Source: a virus. From it: a DNA stretch of 64,000 nt. How positions within the stretch are numbered: the first letter of the stretch is position 1; each line of letters opens with the position of its first letter. This document shows positions 8,931 to 17,312 of this stretch, piece by piece. Where the stretch lies: IMG/VR virus record IMGVR_UViG_3300042197_000370, one strand, 5' to 3'. Position numbers and translations under genes: made by a program. Below the pieces are notes generated by a model that had not been told where the DNA came from, did not search any database, and saw only the letters and a list, made by a program, of their open reading frames with translations.

Positions 8931-9979
8931 TTAGCCTTTTGTGCGATATCTTCTTTGTAAATAGCATCTTGTTTAACTACGGCAGCAATCCACCATACTA
9001 AATCTTTAAGTGCTTTTTTAGTTAATTGTTTTTCAAGTGTAACCATTGCTTTATTAACATCATCACCTATAACCCATTCGTATTTGCCTGTATCTTTTTC
9101 GATATTGGCAACACTCTCAGGATCCTTAGACATTTCCAACAATGCTTTAACTAACTTATCTCTATTAGGATTGTTCTTGTCAATCCATAGTGATTTCTGT
9201 AATACGTCACGGTAGTTCTTTATTAATAGATAGGCATCGTAAAATTCACCTGAAGGAGCATTTCCCCATCGTTTGGCATATACGTCAGCGAAATGTAGTC
9301 CAGGAAAGTTTGGGTCTGCGACCACCCTCCCTGTCTTAATATCCATAACACCTTGTGAGAACCAATCAACATTTTCTTTAAGTTGTTTTGGATGTTTAAA
9401 GTATGCCGCAGTTGTCTCACGTGTAACATTGAGTTCACCTCGCATATACGCAAGTCTACGTTCGTTACCCTTCATACCCGCAACATAAATGACTTTTTTA
9501 TTGAAACAATCCTGATATTCTCTAACTGTTTTTAACGGGCCACAGATTAACATAGTGATAGCCATTAGATCAGGGTTCATGCCTGATCCTGCACTAAATC
9601 TGACTTCTTTGAACGGATCACTATCAGTTCTACGTCCAACTACGATTGTAAGATTTTGCAATCCTATTGGAGCGTAATCTTTGTAATTGTAATCGACCTT
9701 CTGTAATAAAAAACTTTCAGCATTACCACCATGTGCAACCATAATAGTTTTTGGATCCTTACGTAGTTCATTATGAAATTTGTTGAAACCAGTAACGTCA
9801 TTTATTCCTGGAATATTTTCTATAATGACTTTCTCACCTAACTTCTTTTCAAGTTCTTTGGCTACAATTCTAGCCCATACATCTGTGCCACCGCCCACCT
9901 GTTGCGGAACTATCATACGATAGTCCGCAAAGGCAGAAGTAGCGAACAGCATTGTAAATAACGCTATTAACTTCTTCAT
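8927..9979 (-). CDS. tctC: Tripartite tricarboxylate transporter solute-binding protein (TctC/Bug family)
   Basis: Signal peptide, then IVPQQVGGGTDVWARIVAKELEKKLGEKVIIENIPG, the TctC signature (P-x3-GG-x2-D-x2-AR...EN-x-PG). Confidence 0.85.
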   Translation of the reverse strand: MKKLIALFTMLFATSAFADYRMIVPQQVGGGTDVWARIVAKELEKKLGEKVIIENIPGINDVTGFNKFHNELRKDPKTIMVAHGGNAESFLLQKVDYNYKDYAPIGLQNLTIVVGRRTDSDPFKEVRFSAGSGMNPDLMAITMLICGPLKTVREYQDCFNKKVIYVAGMKGNERRLAYMRGELNVTRETTAAYFKHPKQLKENVDWFSQGVMDIKTGRVVADPNFPGLHFADVYAKRWGNAPSGEFYDAYLLIKNYRDVLQKSLWIDKNNPNRDKLVKALLEMSKDPESVANIEKDTGKYEWVIGDDVNKAMVTLEKQLTKKALKDLVWWIAAVVKQDAIYKEDIAQKAK

Positions 9980-9989
9980 TTAGTTCTCC

Positions 9990-10547
9990 TTAGAATAATC
10001 TCTTTTCGATTGAAATGCCATAACGATCACGCTTGACTCCGTTACCAAAGTCAAAATAATCATACTTAACATTTACTGCCCAACGCGGGTCTAACTTGTA
10101 CTTTACTGCAACTCTTGGTCCTTCGTAGTAGTCAACATCTCTTCCACCAAAACCTTCACGATATGCATAACCTAATTTAACTTGAACGTTATCAGTTACT
10201 TTGTATTTTACGCCTGCTTCTGCCTGCCAAAATTCTGTACTAGGCTTAAGGCTTTGATGCTTTTGTCCAACAGCAGTATTAACATAGAACATGTTATAGT
10301 CATAGTTTAATTTAACCATATAACGATTAGTCACACGACTATCTTGTTCACGTTCAACATTTCTAAAACCCAAACCCCAAGTAAAGTTTTTGTTAAGTTT
10401 AGTCTGCCAGTCTACTGACAATGCATATTGGTCATTGGTAGTATTTCGTTGGTCATCAAAGCGATAACCTAACTCAATCTTATCTTCTGCGTATGCTGCC
10501 GTACCTGCAGCCATAAGTGCTAAAATAGCAATCATCTTCTTAAACAT
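9990..10547 (-). CDS. Outer-membrane beta-barrel (porin-like) protein
   Basis: Signal peptide ending AYA, alternating aromatic amphipathic strands, C-terminal Phe (EKRLF). Confidence 0.7.
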   Translation of the reverse strand: MFKKMIAILALMAAGTAAYAEDKIELGYRFDDQRNTTNDQYALSVDWQTKLNKNFTWGLGFRNVEREQDSRVTNRYMVKLNYDYNMFYVNTAVGQKHQSLKPSTEFWQAEAGVKYKVTDNVQVKLGYAYREGFGGRDVDYYEGPRVAVKYKLDPRWAVNVKYDYFDFGNGVKRDRYGISIEKRLF

Positions 10548-11991
10548 ATTTTATCCTCGTTTTGTTGAAAAATACGCCGTATATAATGGCTACGAACGTC
10601 AGAGCCATTAATGATCCACTGATGGGTCGTGTAAAAATATCAGTAAAATCATATAACTTACTGTATTGTAAGAAAGTACCTTCAAGTCTATCTGCCAATA
10701 CATATCCTATAACAAGTGCTGCCCTACTAAATTTGTACTTGCGTAATGCAAGACCAAAAGCGCAACACATTGCAAAGAAAACATAATCTTCCCAGTAGCC
10801 AGTATATTGTACGCTACTCCAAACTAATAATGCCATTACAGGCCAAAAATAATAACTGAACGGCAAGTTAGTTATGCGAACTGCATAACGTATAAAAAAT
10901 AATCCTAATACAAAACTTAATAGCAGACTCCACATGTAACTACTTGCTAAGTTATCAAAGAACGATAAGTCATTCAATAAAGATGGAGAACCTAGTTCAA
11001 TACCTACTAATAAAAATAGTGCAATGATAATTGCTTCAAAAGGCGCACCGGGTATACCAAACAACACAGTAGGAACATAACTTGTTGCTTTCTGTGCATT
11101 GTTTGCACCCTCACAACCTATTACACCCTTGACGTTACCATCACCAAATACAATCTTTTCATTTTTGTTTAGTGCAACTGTTTGTCCATATGCTAACCAA
11201 TCTGCAACACTGCCACCTATACCGGGTATCACACCTACAATTGCACCGATGAGTCCACCTCGTAGTCCGTCCCATTTATGTACCCAACTATCTACAAATC
11301 CTTGCCATATTTGTTGCCATTCTGTTTTAATATTTTGTATTCTTTCTTGTGTATGTCTATTTTGATATGCTTCTAATAGTTCAGGTATTGCTAACACACC
11401 GGCAAGTAATGGAGCAAGTTGTATACCGCCACCTAGATAGTCCCAACCAAATGTCCAACGTTCTGCGCCTGTTATTGGATTCTGTCCTACTAACCCCAAG
11501 AATACACCTAGTGCTAACGCTAATATACCTCTGAACCAATACTTGTTATTGATAAAGCAAACACTAGCAAACGCTAATAGTAGAAACGACAATATTTCAG
11601 GTATTCCAAACTTTAATATCAATGGAGCATAGTAAGGCAAGAACATAAAAACTAATGCCCCCCATAGTATACCATTAACAGTACTTGTGCTTAGTGCGGC
11701 TCCTAATGCTCTTGCAGCCTCACCCCTTTTAGTCATGGGGAATCCATCTACCATAGTGGCAGCACTTCCACTTGCTCCGGGTATGTTCATAACTACGCTA
11801 GCAAAACTATCTCCTATCGTGGCTGCTACAACAAGTGATGTAGTGAATACTACTAATGAATATGGTTCAGCACGAAAAATGTCTAAAAACCCAAATATTG
11901 TGATAAGACCTACGCCTGCGCCTGCTACGGGTATAATACCAAATAAAAACCCATAAAGTGTGCCTAAAATTAATGAGACTATGTATTCCAT
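10540..11991 (-). CDS. tctA: Tripartite tricarboxylate transporter permease TctA
   Basis: Start moved to MEYIVSL (ATG 11991). Motifs MNIPGASGSAATMVDGFPM, GVIPGIGG, EGANNA, PTVLFGIPG and GIELGSPSL; about 12 TM segments. Confidence 0.88.
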   Translation of the reverse strand: MEYIVSLILGTLYGFLFGIIPVAGAGVGLITIFGFLDIFRAEPYSLVVFTTSLVVAATIGDSFASVVMNIPGASGSAATMVDGFPMTKRGEAARALGAALSTSTVNGILWGALVFMFLPYYAPLILKFGIPEILSFLLLAFASVCFINNKYWFRGILALALGVFLGLVGQNPITGAERWTFGWDYLGGGIQLAPLLAGVLAIPELLEAYQNRHTQERIQNIKTEWQQIWQGFVDSWVHKWDGLRGGLIGAIVGVIPGIGGSVADWLAYGQTVALNKNEKIVFGDGNVKGVIGCEGANNAQKATSYVPTVLFGIPGAPFEAIIIALFLLVGIELGSPSLLNDLSFFDNLASSYMWSLLLSFVLGLFFIRYAVRITNLPFSYYFWPVMALLVWSSVQYTGYWEDYVFFAMCCAFGLALRKYKFSRAALVIGYVLADRLEGTFLQYSKLYDFTDIFTRPISGSLMALTFVAIIYGVFFNKTRIKYV

Positions 11992-12014
11992 GATAAGTAA
12001 TGTACTGAGAAAGA

Positions 12015-12021
12015 TATTTAT
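12015..12021 (-). promoter_or_regulatory. Late promoter motif ATAAATA for the tctA operon (ATAAGTA at 11993-11999 on + may serve the methyltransferase)
   Basis: Lies in the 70 nt AT-rich divergent gap. Confidence 0.5.
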
Positions 12022-12061
12022 CCCAATCAGAGAAAAATTTTTAATTTTGAGAAAATTTATT

Positions 12062-12796
12062 ATGAATACTAAAATTTTTAAACTAGTTATAAAAAATTTG
12101 CGTGAATCATTCAATTTACCTAAGTATGCTACACTTTCTAGGGACATAAGCGAATTTACTATAGTAAAAGAACTACCTTGGACTCCTGCACGATTTGACA
12201 AGTTCAAGCATAAAATAGAACAGACATTAGACTTGCCTACTGATTTAAACGGATCCGTTAAAGATATTGTCGATGACTTAGACGTACGGTACTCAGGAAG
12301 ATTCTTCGGTGAGATATGGAAACCCAGCACAGAAAAATATAGTTACACAGGCTGGCAACTTGTTGAAGAAGTAAACAAGTTAAAACCACGTGCAGTATTA
12401 GATGTGGGTTGTGGATACAATCAATTTAAAGACCGTATCCCAAATCTTGTAGGTATCGATCCATACAATAACTGTGCTGACTATCAAGTTGACATACTTG
12501 AGTTTGCCGCAGTAGCAGGAAGTTTTGATGCTATCATAGCATTGGGTTCAATTAATTTTAACAGTAAAGAAGATATTGAACAACGACTAGCCAATTGTGT
12601 TAAACTGTTAGCAGATAAAGGTAAGATGTTCTTTAGAGTTAACCCTGGTATTCAACATGAAAAGGGACCATGGGTTGATGTTTTCCCATGGTCGTTTGAG
12701 ATAGCACACGAATTTGCTAAAAAATTCAATCTACATTTAGAAACCTTTAAGAAAGATGCCAATAATAGATTGTATTTTGTTTATAGCAAAGTCTAA
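12062..12796 (+). CDS. Class I SAM-dependent methyltransferase with an extra N-terminal helical domain
   Basis: Start moved to MNTKIF (12062) so it does not overlap tctA. Motifs VLDVGCG, VGIDPY, FDAIIALGSINF and LADKGKMFFRVNPG. Confidence 0.75.
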   Translation: MNTKIFKLVIKNLRESFNLPKYATLSRDISEFTIVKELPWTPARFDKFKHKIEQTLDLPTDLNGSVKDIVDDLDVRYSGRFFGEIWKPSTEKYSYTGWQLVEEVNKLKPRAVLDVGCGYNQFKDRIPNLVGIDPYNNCADYQVDILEFAAVAGSFDAIIALGSINFNSKEDIEQRLANCVKLLADKGKMFFRVNPGIQHEKGPWVDVFPWSFEIAHEFAKKFNLHLETFKKDANNRLYFVYSKV

Positions 12797-13417
12797 TTAC
12801 TTGTTAGCAAGCGGATTGTCAAGAGCCTTTTTAATCTTTTCATCCACTTCTTTGCGAGTAGCCTTAAGTTGATTATCAAGTTCTCTTTGTGATGCTTTTA
12901 TAGAGTTGTCCACACTTCTCATGTTAGCATCCATATCTTTACGAACTGCTCTCATTTCTGCTTGTGCATCTTTGATTGCAACATCAGTTTCACGTTGACT
13001 TTGTTTCGCACTACGCTCGACTGCTTCGACTACACCTTCTAATCTACGTATATCATTCTTTAAATCATTTTTGATATCTCTAGTATATTCTGCACTCTTG
13101 CTTACACTATCTTCGATTGACTGTTGAGCCTTAGCATTACCTTCTTCCAATACGGCAAGTCTCTTATCAAATGCTGATAAATCCGGACTTACATATTTGG
13201 CAATCTTATCTTTCATGCTCATGTAGTCTTTGTAAACTTCAAATGCTCCGTATAATCCACCTAATGTTGTAGATACAATTGTAGCCGCAACCATTAATTT
13301 AGCAGGTGTAAATTCATATCCACCAATACTAATTAAGGTGTCTTTACTAGCGTACTTTTTAGTCGCTGCCTCTAACTCATCGACCTTTTTGTTTAGGTCT
13401 ACTTTTTCTTCTGCCAT
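12797..13417 (-). CDS. Membrane-anchored coiled-coil protein
   Basis: Single TM segment (LMVAATIVSTTLGGLYGAF) followed by a long heptad-rich region. Confidence 0.7.
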   Translation of the reverse strand: MAEEKVDLNKKVDELEAATKKYASKDTLISIGGYEFTPAKLMVAATIVSTTLGGLYGAFEVYKDYMSMKDKIAKYVSPDLSAFDKRLAVLEEGNAKAQQSIEDSVSKSAEYTRDIKNDLKNDIRRLEGVVEAVERSAKQSQRETDVAIKDAQAEMRAVRKDMDANMRSVDNSIKASQRELDNQLKATRKEVDEKIKKALDNPLANK

Positions 13418-13421
13418 TTTT

Positions 13422-15170
13422 TTATCTCCTATACTGTTGCTCTACCATTTCTTGGTGTAGCCTATCTGATGATAATTGACGCAATACTCTTGAATTGTCA
13501 ATTACCTTTTGATTTTTATAAATTTCTTTCGGTGCATAAAAAGACGCATCTCTTAATGCAAGTTGTAGATATGAATTGTATCCTATAGGTTGCATCATCA
13601 TTCTGTCTAAACTGATGCCCATAGATAATTCATTGTTTTGTGCAGTCTTGTTTAATGGATTTTCTTTTTGCTCTGTGCTAGAACTATTATTATTTTTTGT
13701 GTTGTTATCTATGATTTCAGTCAATGGGTTAGCACGATTAGTTAAAAAATTGTTAGTGAATAAAACGTTCTCTACTTCTGCACTACGCAATCCAGTCATA
13801 GTGGTTGTTTGCATACTAGATGTTGATTGTGTAACTACCGGCTGTATCGATATCATAGATACCTGTGTATCGACTGATTGAGTAGATTGATTATTGTTTG
13901 AAACATTCTGTTGCACACTTGCATTATTACCCATCATGAGTTGATTATTAACTGCACCAAAATTTTGCTGAGTGCTAGATGCTAAAGGTATACCCTGAGC
14001 AAATGAAGAACTTTGCACATTACTTTGTTGTGTTGTACTAACTTGTTGTGTGGCTGCTTGTATGCTTGCATTAGACGATGTATTTGCTACTGACATAGCA
14101 GTTTGTTCTGTGGCTCGTACAGCAGATTGTGCTACATCATTAGCGGCTTGTACAGCAGTTGAGGCAATCGCTTGTTCTTTCTTTTCATTGTTCTTGATCA
14201 TAGTCAGTATTGATGAAAGACTTGGTCCACCAGAAGTAGAACCACCTTGTTGTGGTGCAAAACTTGAACTTGCTACATTGTTTGATGAACCAGGGGGAGG
14301 TTGTGATCCTGGTGGCGGCTGTGATCCAGTCGGCGCCGGCTGTGATGATCCACTTGGTGGAGGCTGACTAGTAGATGATGTAGTTGTAGTCGTGCTGCCG
14401 GGTGGTGGAGGCTCTGAGCCTGGTGGGGGAGGTGAACTATATGCAATCTGTTGTTCTTGCTGTTTGGGTTCTGACTCCGGAGGCGGCTTGCTAAATGTAT
14501 CTGCTATCTCTATAGGACTAGATGTTCCTGTGTTAGTTGTTGTAGGTGTAGGTGATGTTTGCTTAACGCTATAATTCAACGATAAAGATATATCTCGTAC
14601 CCTAGGACCATAATAACCACTCCAAAAATTCATGTCACTACCCGTCCATGATATAGAAATGTCACCTAAAGAATTTAGTTGATATGGACTACTAAAAGTT
14701 TCAGTGCCTGTAAAGGTCTGAAAGGTAGCACCGGTATTTGTCAAACTATAATCATAGTTGTAGTATTCTAAAACTTTTCCTGTATTATTTGTAAGACTGC
14801 CATATACGTTTAATGAACCTCTAGTTCCAGAAGGATTATTTAAATCATTATATATCTTCCAAGAGTAATTAAAACCACCTACACTTATACCTTGTCCGCT
14901 CAATACTGAATTGATCGCTATTATCTGACTTACTGTATACGGCATGTAACTAAAACGAATCGTATTAGTATCAGTGTTGAATGCTGGAGAAGGACCGCCA
15001 CCAGTACCTTCTACTTGACCTAATTGACCACTATTCATGTAAATGACATTGCCCCATTTAGTAGGATCAATGAGGTTAGATGTAGTCTGTACGCTACCCG
15101 TAGTGGTATCTATGTTTTGCGCACAGACTACATTACTGACTAGTAATAGTAGGACTAAGAGTTTTTTCAT
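13422..15170 (-). CDS. Secreted/periplasmic protein with Pro/Ser/Gln-rich linker
   Basis: Signal peptide MKKLLVLLLLVSNVVCA, beta-rich N domain, PPPG repeats, C-terminal domain. Confidence 0.7.
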   Translation of the reverse strand: MKKLLVLLLLVSNVVCAQNIDTTTGSVQTTSNLIDPTKWGNVIYMNSGQLGQVEGTGGGPSPAFNTDTNTIRFSYMPYTVSQIIAINSVLSGQGISVGGFNYSWKIYNDLNNPSGTRGSLNVYGSLTNNTGKVLEYYNYDYSLTNTGATFQTFTGTETFSSPYQLNSLGDISISWTGSDMNFWSGYYGPRVRDISLSLNYSVKQTSPTPTTTNTGTSSPIEIADTFSKPPPESEPKQQEQQIAYSSPPPPGSEPPPPGSTTTTTSSTSQPPPSGSSQPAPTGSQPPPGSQPPPGSSNNVASSSFAPQQGGSTSGGPSLSSILTMIKNNEKKEQAIASTAVQAANDVAQSAVRATEQTAMSVANTSSNASIQAATQQVSTTQQSNVQSSSFAQGIPLASSTQQNFGAVNNQLMMGNNASVQQNVSNNNQSTQSVDTQVSMISIQPVVTQSTSSMQTTTMTGLRSAEVENVLFTNNFLTNRANPLTEIIDNNTKNNNSSSTEQKENPLNKTAQNNELSMGISLDRMMMQPIGYNSYLQLALRDASFYAPKEIYKNQKVIDNSRVLRQLSSDRLHQEMVEQQYRR

Positions 15171-16324
15171 TACTCAAACCAACCCTTACTCTTACCTTTA
15201 GGTACCTTTTTAGGATTTGCTTCCCACGCAGCCTTTGCTTGTTCACCAATCATACCCTCATATGGGCAGGGAGTTCCGGCTGCCATCATAGCATCAAATA
15301 CACGACGATCTTGACACATAGCCGCAACCGCCGCCACTTTCATACCCATGTCGTATAATGTCTTAGATAGTTTTAAACGTTCGCAATTCTCATCACGTAA
15401 TGTAGAGCCAAAACTCATACCGAGAATTTGTGTTTGTGCTGCACCACTGACACCAGTAGTACATAAATCAGCATTACCACCTGACAACATTGCAGGAGCA
15501 ATCGCTGTTGGTGGAGGTTGAATGACTTTCTGTGTGACAGTTGTTTCATTGATGTTGCGATTAGTCATCTCACCTTGTTGGATGTTTACGTTTGTGTTAC
15601 TACTAACGCTATTATTTTGATTGACATTAGTTGCGGTGCTAGTTGAAGTATTGATGTTTCTGTTAGTCATATCACCAGTATTAACGTTAGTATTGACGTT
15701 ATTATTAGTGCTTGTGCTAGTAGAAACATTGTTGTTATTATTGGTAACACTACCGCTCATCACATTGTTATTAGTATTAACGGATGTGCTAGCATTGTTA
15801 TTGTTATAAGTCATAGTACCGCTATTGATGTTATTGTTAGTATTAACGGATGTGCTAGCATTGTTATTGTTATAAGTCATAGTACCACTATTGACATTAT
15901 TATTATTATATGTCATAGTACCGGTATTAACATTGTTATTGTTATTAGTCATTGTACCATTGTTGGTATTTTGATTGATATTAGTAACAGTACCACTTTG
16001 AATGTTGTTATTTGTATTAACATTCGTTGACGTACTTGTATTGTTATTATTGTTAGTGTTAGTGCTATTAACCGTGCTAGTGCTAGTACTATTATTGTTA
16101 GTAGTAGTCATGTTTGTAGTGTTAACAGTGCTGGTACTATTACTTGTACTATTCGTATCAACTAAAGAGGTAGTTGTATAACCTCCTTGGTTGATAGGAG
16201 TTGTGGTACTCGTAGTTGTTCCACCGGTTGTACTTTGCGTACTAGTGTTTGTAGTTTGTGAATATGCTGGAGTACTACCCATAAAGGCAGCAACTATAGC
16301 CAACATAAGGATCTTTTTTATCAT
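15170..16324 (-). CDS. Secreted Asn/Thr-rich protein with a four-Cys C-terminal domain
   Basis: Signal peptide, N/T low-complexity stalk, C-terminal LC...NCERL...MCQD...PCP. Confidence 0.7.
   Translation of the reverse strand: MIKKILMLAIVAAFMGSTPAYSQTTNTSTQSTTGGTTTSTTTPINQGGYTTTSLVDTNSTSNSTSTVNTTNMTTTNNNSTSTSTVNSTNTNNNNNTSTSTNVNTNNNIQSGTVTNINQNTNNGTMTNNNNNVNTGTMTYNNNNVNSGTMTYNNNNASTSVNTNNNINSGTMTYNNNNASTSVNTNNNVMSGSVTNNNNNVSTSTSTNNNVNTNVNTGDMTNRNINTSTSTATNVNQNNSVSSNTNVNIQQGEMTNRNINETTVTQKVIQPPPTAIAPAMLSGGNADLCTTGVSGAAQTQILGMSFGSTLRDENCERLKLSKTLYDMGMKVAAVAAMCQDRRVFDAMMAAGTPCPYEGMIGEQAKAAWEANPKKVPKGKSKGWFE
15771..15886. repeat. 66-bp-period intragenic tandem repeat
   Basis: Identical 50-nt blocks at 15771-15820 and 15837-15886, encoding GTMTYNNNNASTSVNTN. 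Confidence 0.85.
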
Positions 16325-16376
16325 TTTTATTGTTCCCTGTTGCTGTATAAACTAAAAATACCTTTAGTTTAATCAA

Positions 16377-16383
16377 TATTTAT
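16377..16383 (-). promoter_or_regulatory. Late promoter motif ATAAATA for the 16324-12797 operon
   Basis: Motif upstream of the first gene. Confidence 0.5.
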
Positions 16384-16403
16384 TAGATATGGAACAAGAA
16401 ATG

Positions 16404-16486
16404 AATGCTCACTTTTACCTACGGGGTAGCGAATCCTTTGGTAGCCCAGCAGCCGGGCACATAACCCTAACGGTCCTAGGGTATGT
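16404..16486 (-). ncRNA. Candidate structured RNA (unassigned)
   Basis: GC-rich intergenic stretch with adjacent hairpins ACAUA-CCCUA-GGACCGU-UAGGG-U-UAUGU and GCCCGG-CUG-CUGGGC, then UACC/GGUA pairing. Confidence 0.5.
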
Positions 16487-16488
16487 TC

Positions 16489-16935
16489 TTAGTTACACCA
16501 ACTTTGTTTTGCTTCGCCAAAATATTCTCTAGCGTAGCCATTGGCTATTAACATTTGTCTTAGACTTTGCCCATCAAGTAATAAATCACCTAATACTCTT
16601 CCACCAAACTTATCCCAATCCATAAGATATACTTGATGAACTTTCGCATTTGAAACGGCTTGTTTAGTAAATGCTGATGCTGCCTCTCCTCGTTGTGCTT
16701 CGTTAGGACATTTAGCACGAAATCCTTTTTCAGGAGTATCAACACCAAATACACGCAATGCTAATTCAGGCTTTAATGGCGCCGGCAAAAAACTTGCTTT
16801 AAAAACTATAGTATCCCCATCACTAACACGAATTATTGTTACATCATACATTACACCTTGCTTTTTTTGTGCGAGTACAGGAGTTGCAAACGTTAGTGTT
16901 AATGTCGTAATTAACGCTGTGATAAATTGTTTCAT
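16489..16935 (-). CDS. Staphylococcal nuclease (thermonuclease) homologue with signal peptide
   Basis: RVSDGDTI, LRVFGVDTPE, DKFGGRVLG, LIANGYAREY; hydrophobic N-terminus ending VLA. Confidence 0.85.
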   Translation of the reverse strand: MKQFITALITTLTLTFATPVLAQKKQGVMYDVTIIRVSDGDTIVFKASFLPAPLKPELALRVFGVDTPEKGFRAKCPNEAQRGEAASAFTKQAVSNAKVHQVYLMDWDKFGGRVLGDLLLDGQSLRQMLIANGYAREYFGEAKQSWCN

Positions 16936-17312
16936 TTGTCTAAGTCTCCTGCAAAGTGTGACATATATCTATCCCCTTTTATTTTCTGTACTGGCGCCAT
17001 AGTTTTATTAAAACCAGTTATAGCCTGCATAAAATCTTTTTTACTATTAGCAGCCACATCTTGCATCTGCTCTCTTTCATTTGGCTTAAGACTCATATAT
17101 GTTTTTAAGAATCCTACAATCTCATCCATAGACAATTTTGCTTTGGTATTGTCTCTAAAGAGTATAGGATAGTTGCCATCTACGTCAAATGCTTTTCTAA
17201 GTTGCATGACTAAGTGTGGTACCTTATCTTTGTCTGGATCGGCAGGAACTTCTTCCTGATCGTCAAAGTCAGGATCAAATTTGCCTTCTTTTAATATTTC
17301 ACTAATTTTCAT
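16932..17312 (-). CDS. Putative virion-internal protein
   Basis: CTS-like N-terminus MKISEILKE. Confidence 0.55.
   Translation of the reverse strand: MKISEILKEGKFDPDFDDQEEVPADPDKDKVPHLVMQLRKAFDVDGNYPILFRDNTKAKLSMDEIVGFLKTYMSLKPNEREQMQDVAANSKKDFMQAITGFNKTMAPVQKIKGDRYMSHFAGDLDK

Noticed and set aside
10540-10560. Possible hidden tctB gene
   Set aside because: tctA, the barrel gene and tctC overlap or abut, so no space for a 4-TM ORF
11960-12330. Apparent long overlap between extended tctA and methyltransferase ORFs
   Set aside because: An artefact of longest-ORF calling; starts at 11991 and 12062 leave a clean 70-nt divergent gap
15540-16260. Repetitive AAT/ACT-rich tract considered as a CRISPR array or satellite
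   Set aside because: No repeat-spacer structure; it is in-frame low-complexity coding sequence
16349-16370. AAACTAAA-6 nt-TTTAGTTT hairpin in the envelope operon leader
   Set aside because: Weak AU-rich stem, expected by chance
16404-16486. tRNA, hammerhead or terminator reading of the GC-rich element
   Set aside because: No T-arm GTTC or cloverleaf, no CUGANGA/GAAA core and no U-tract; kept as an unassigned RNA
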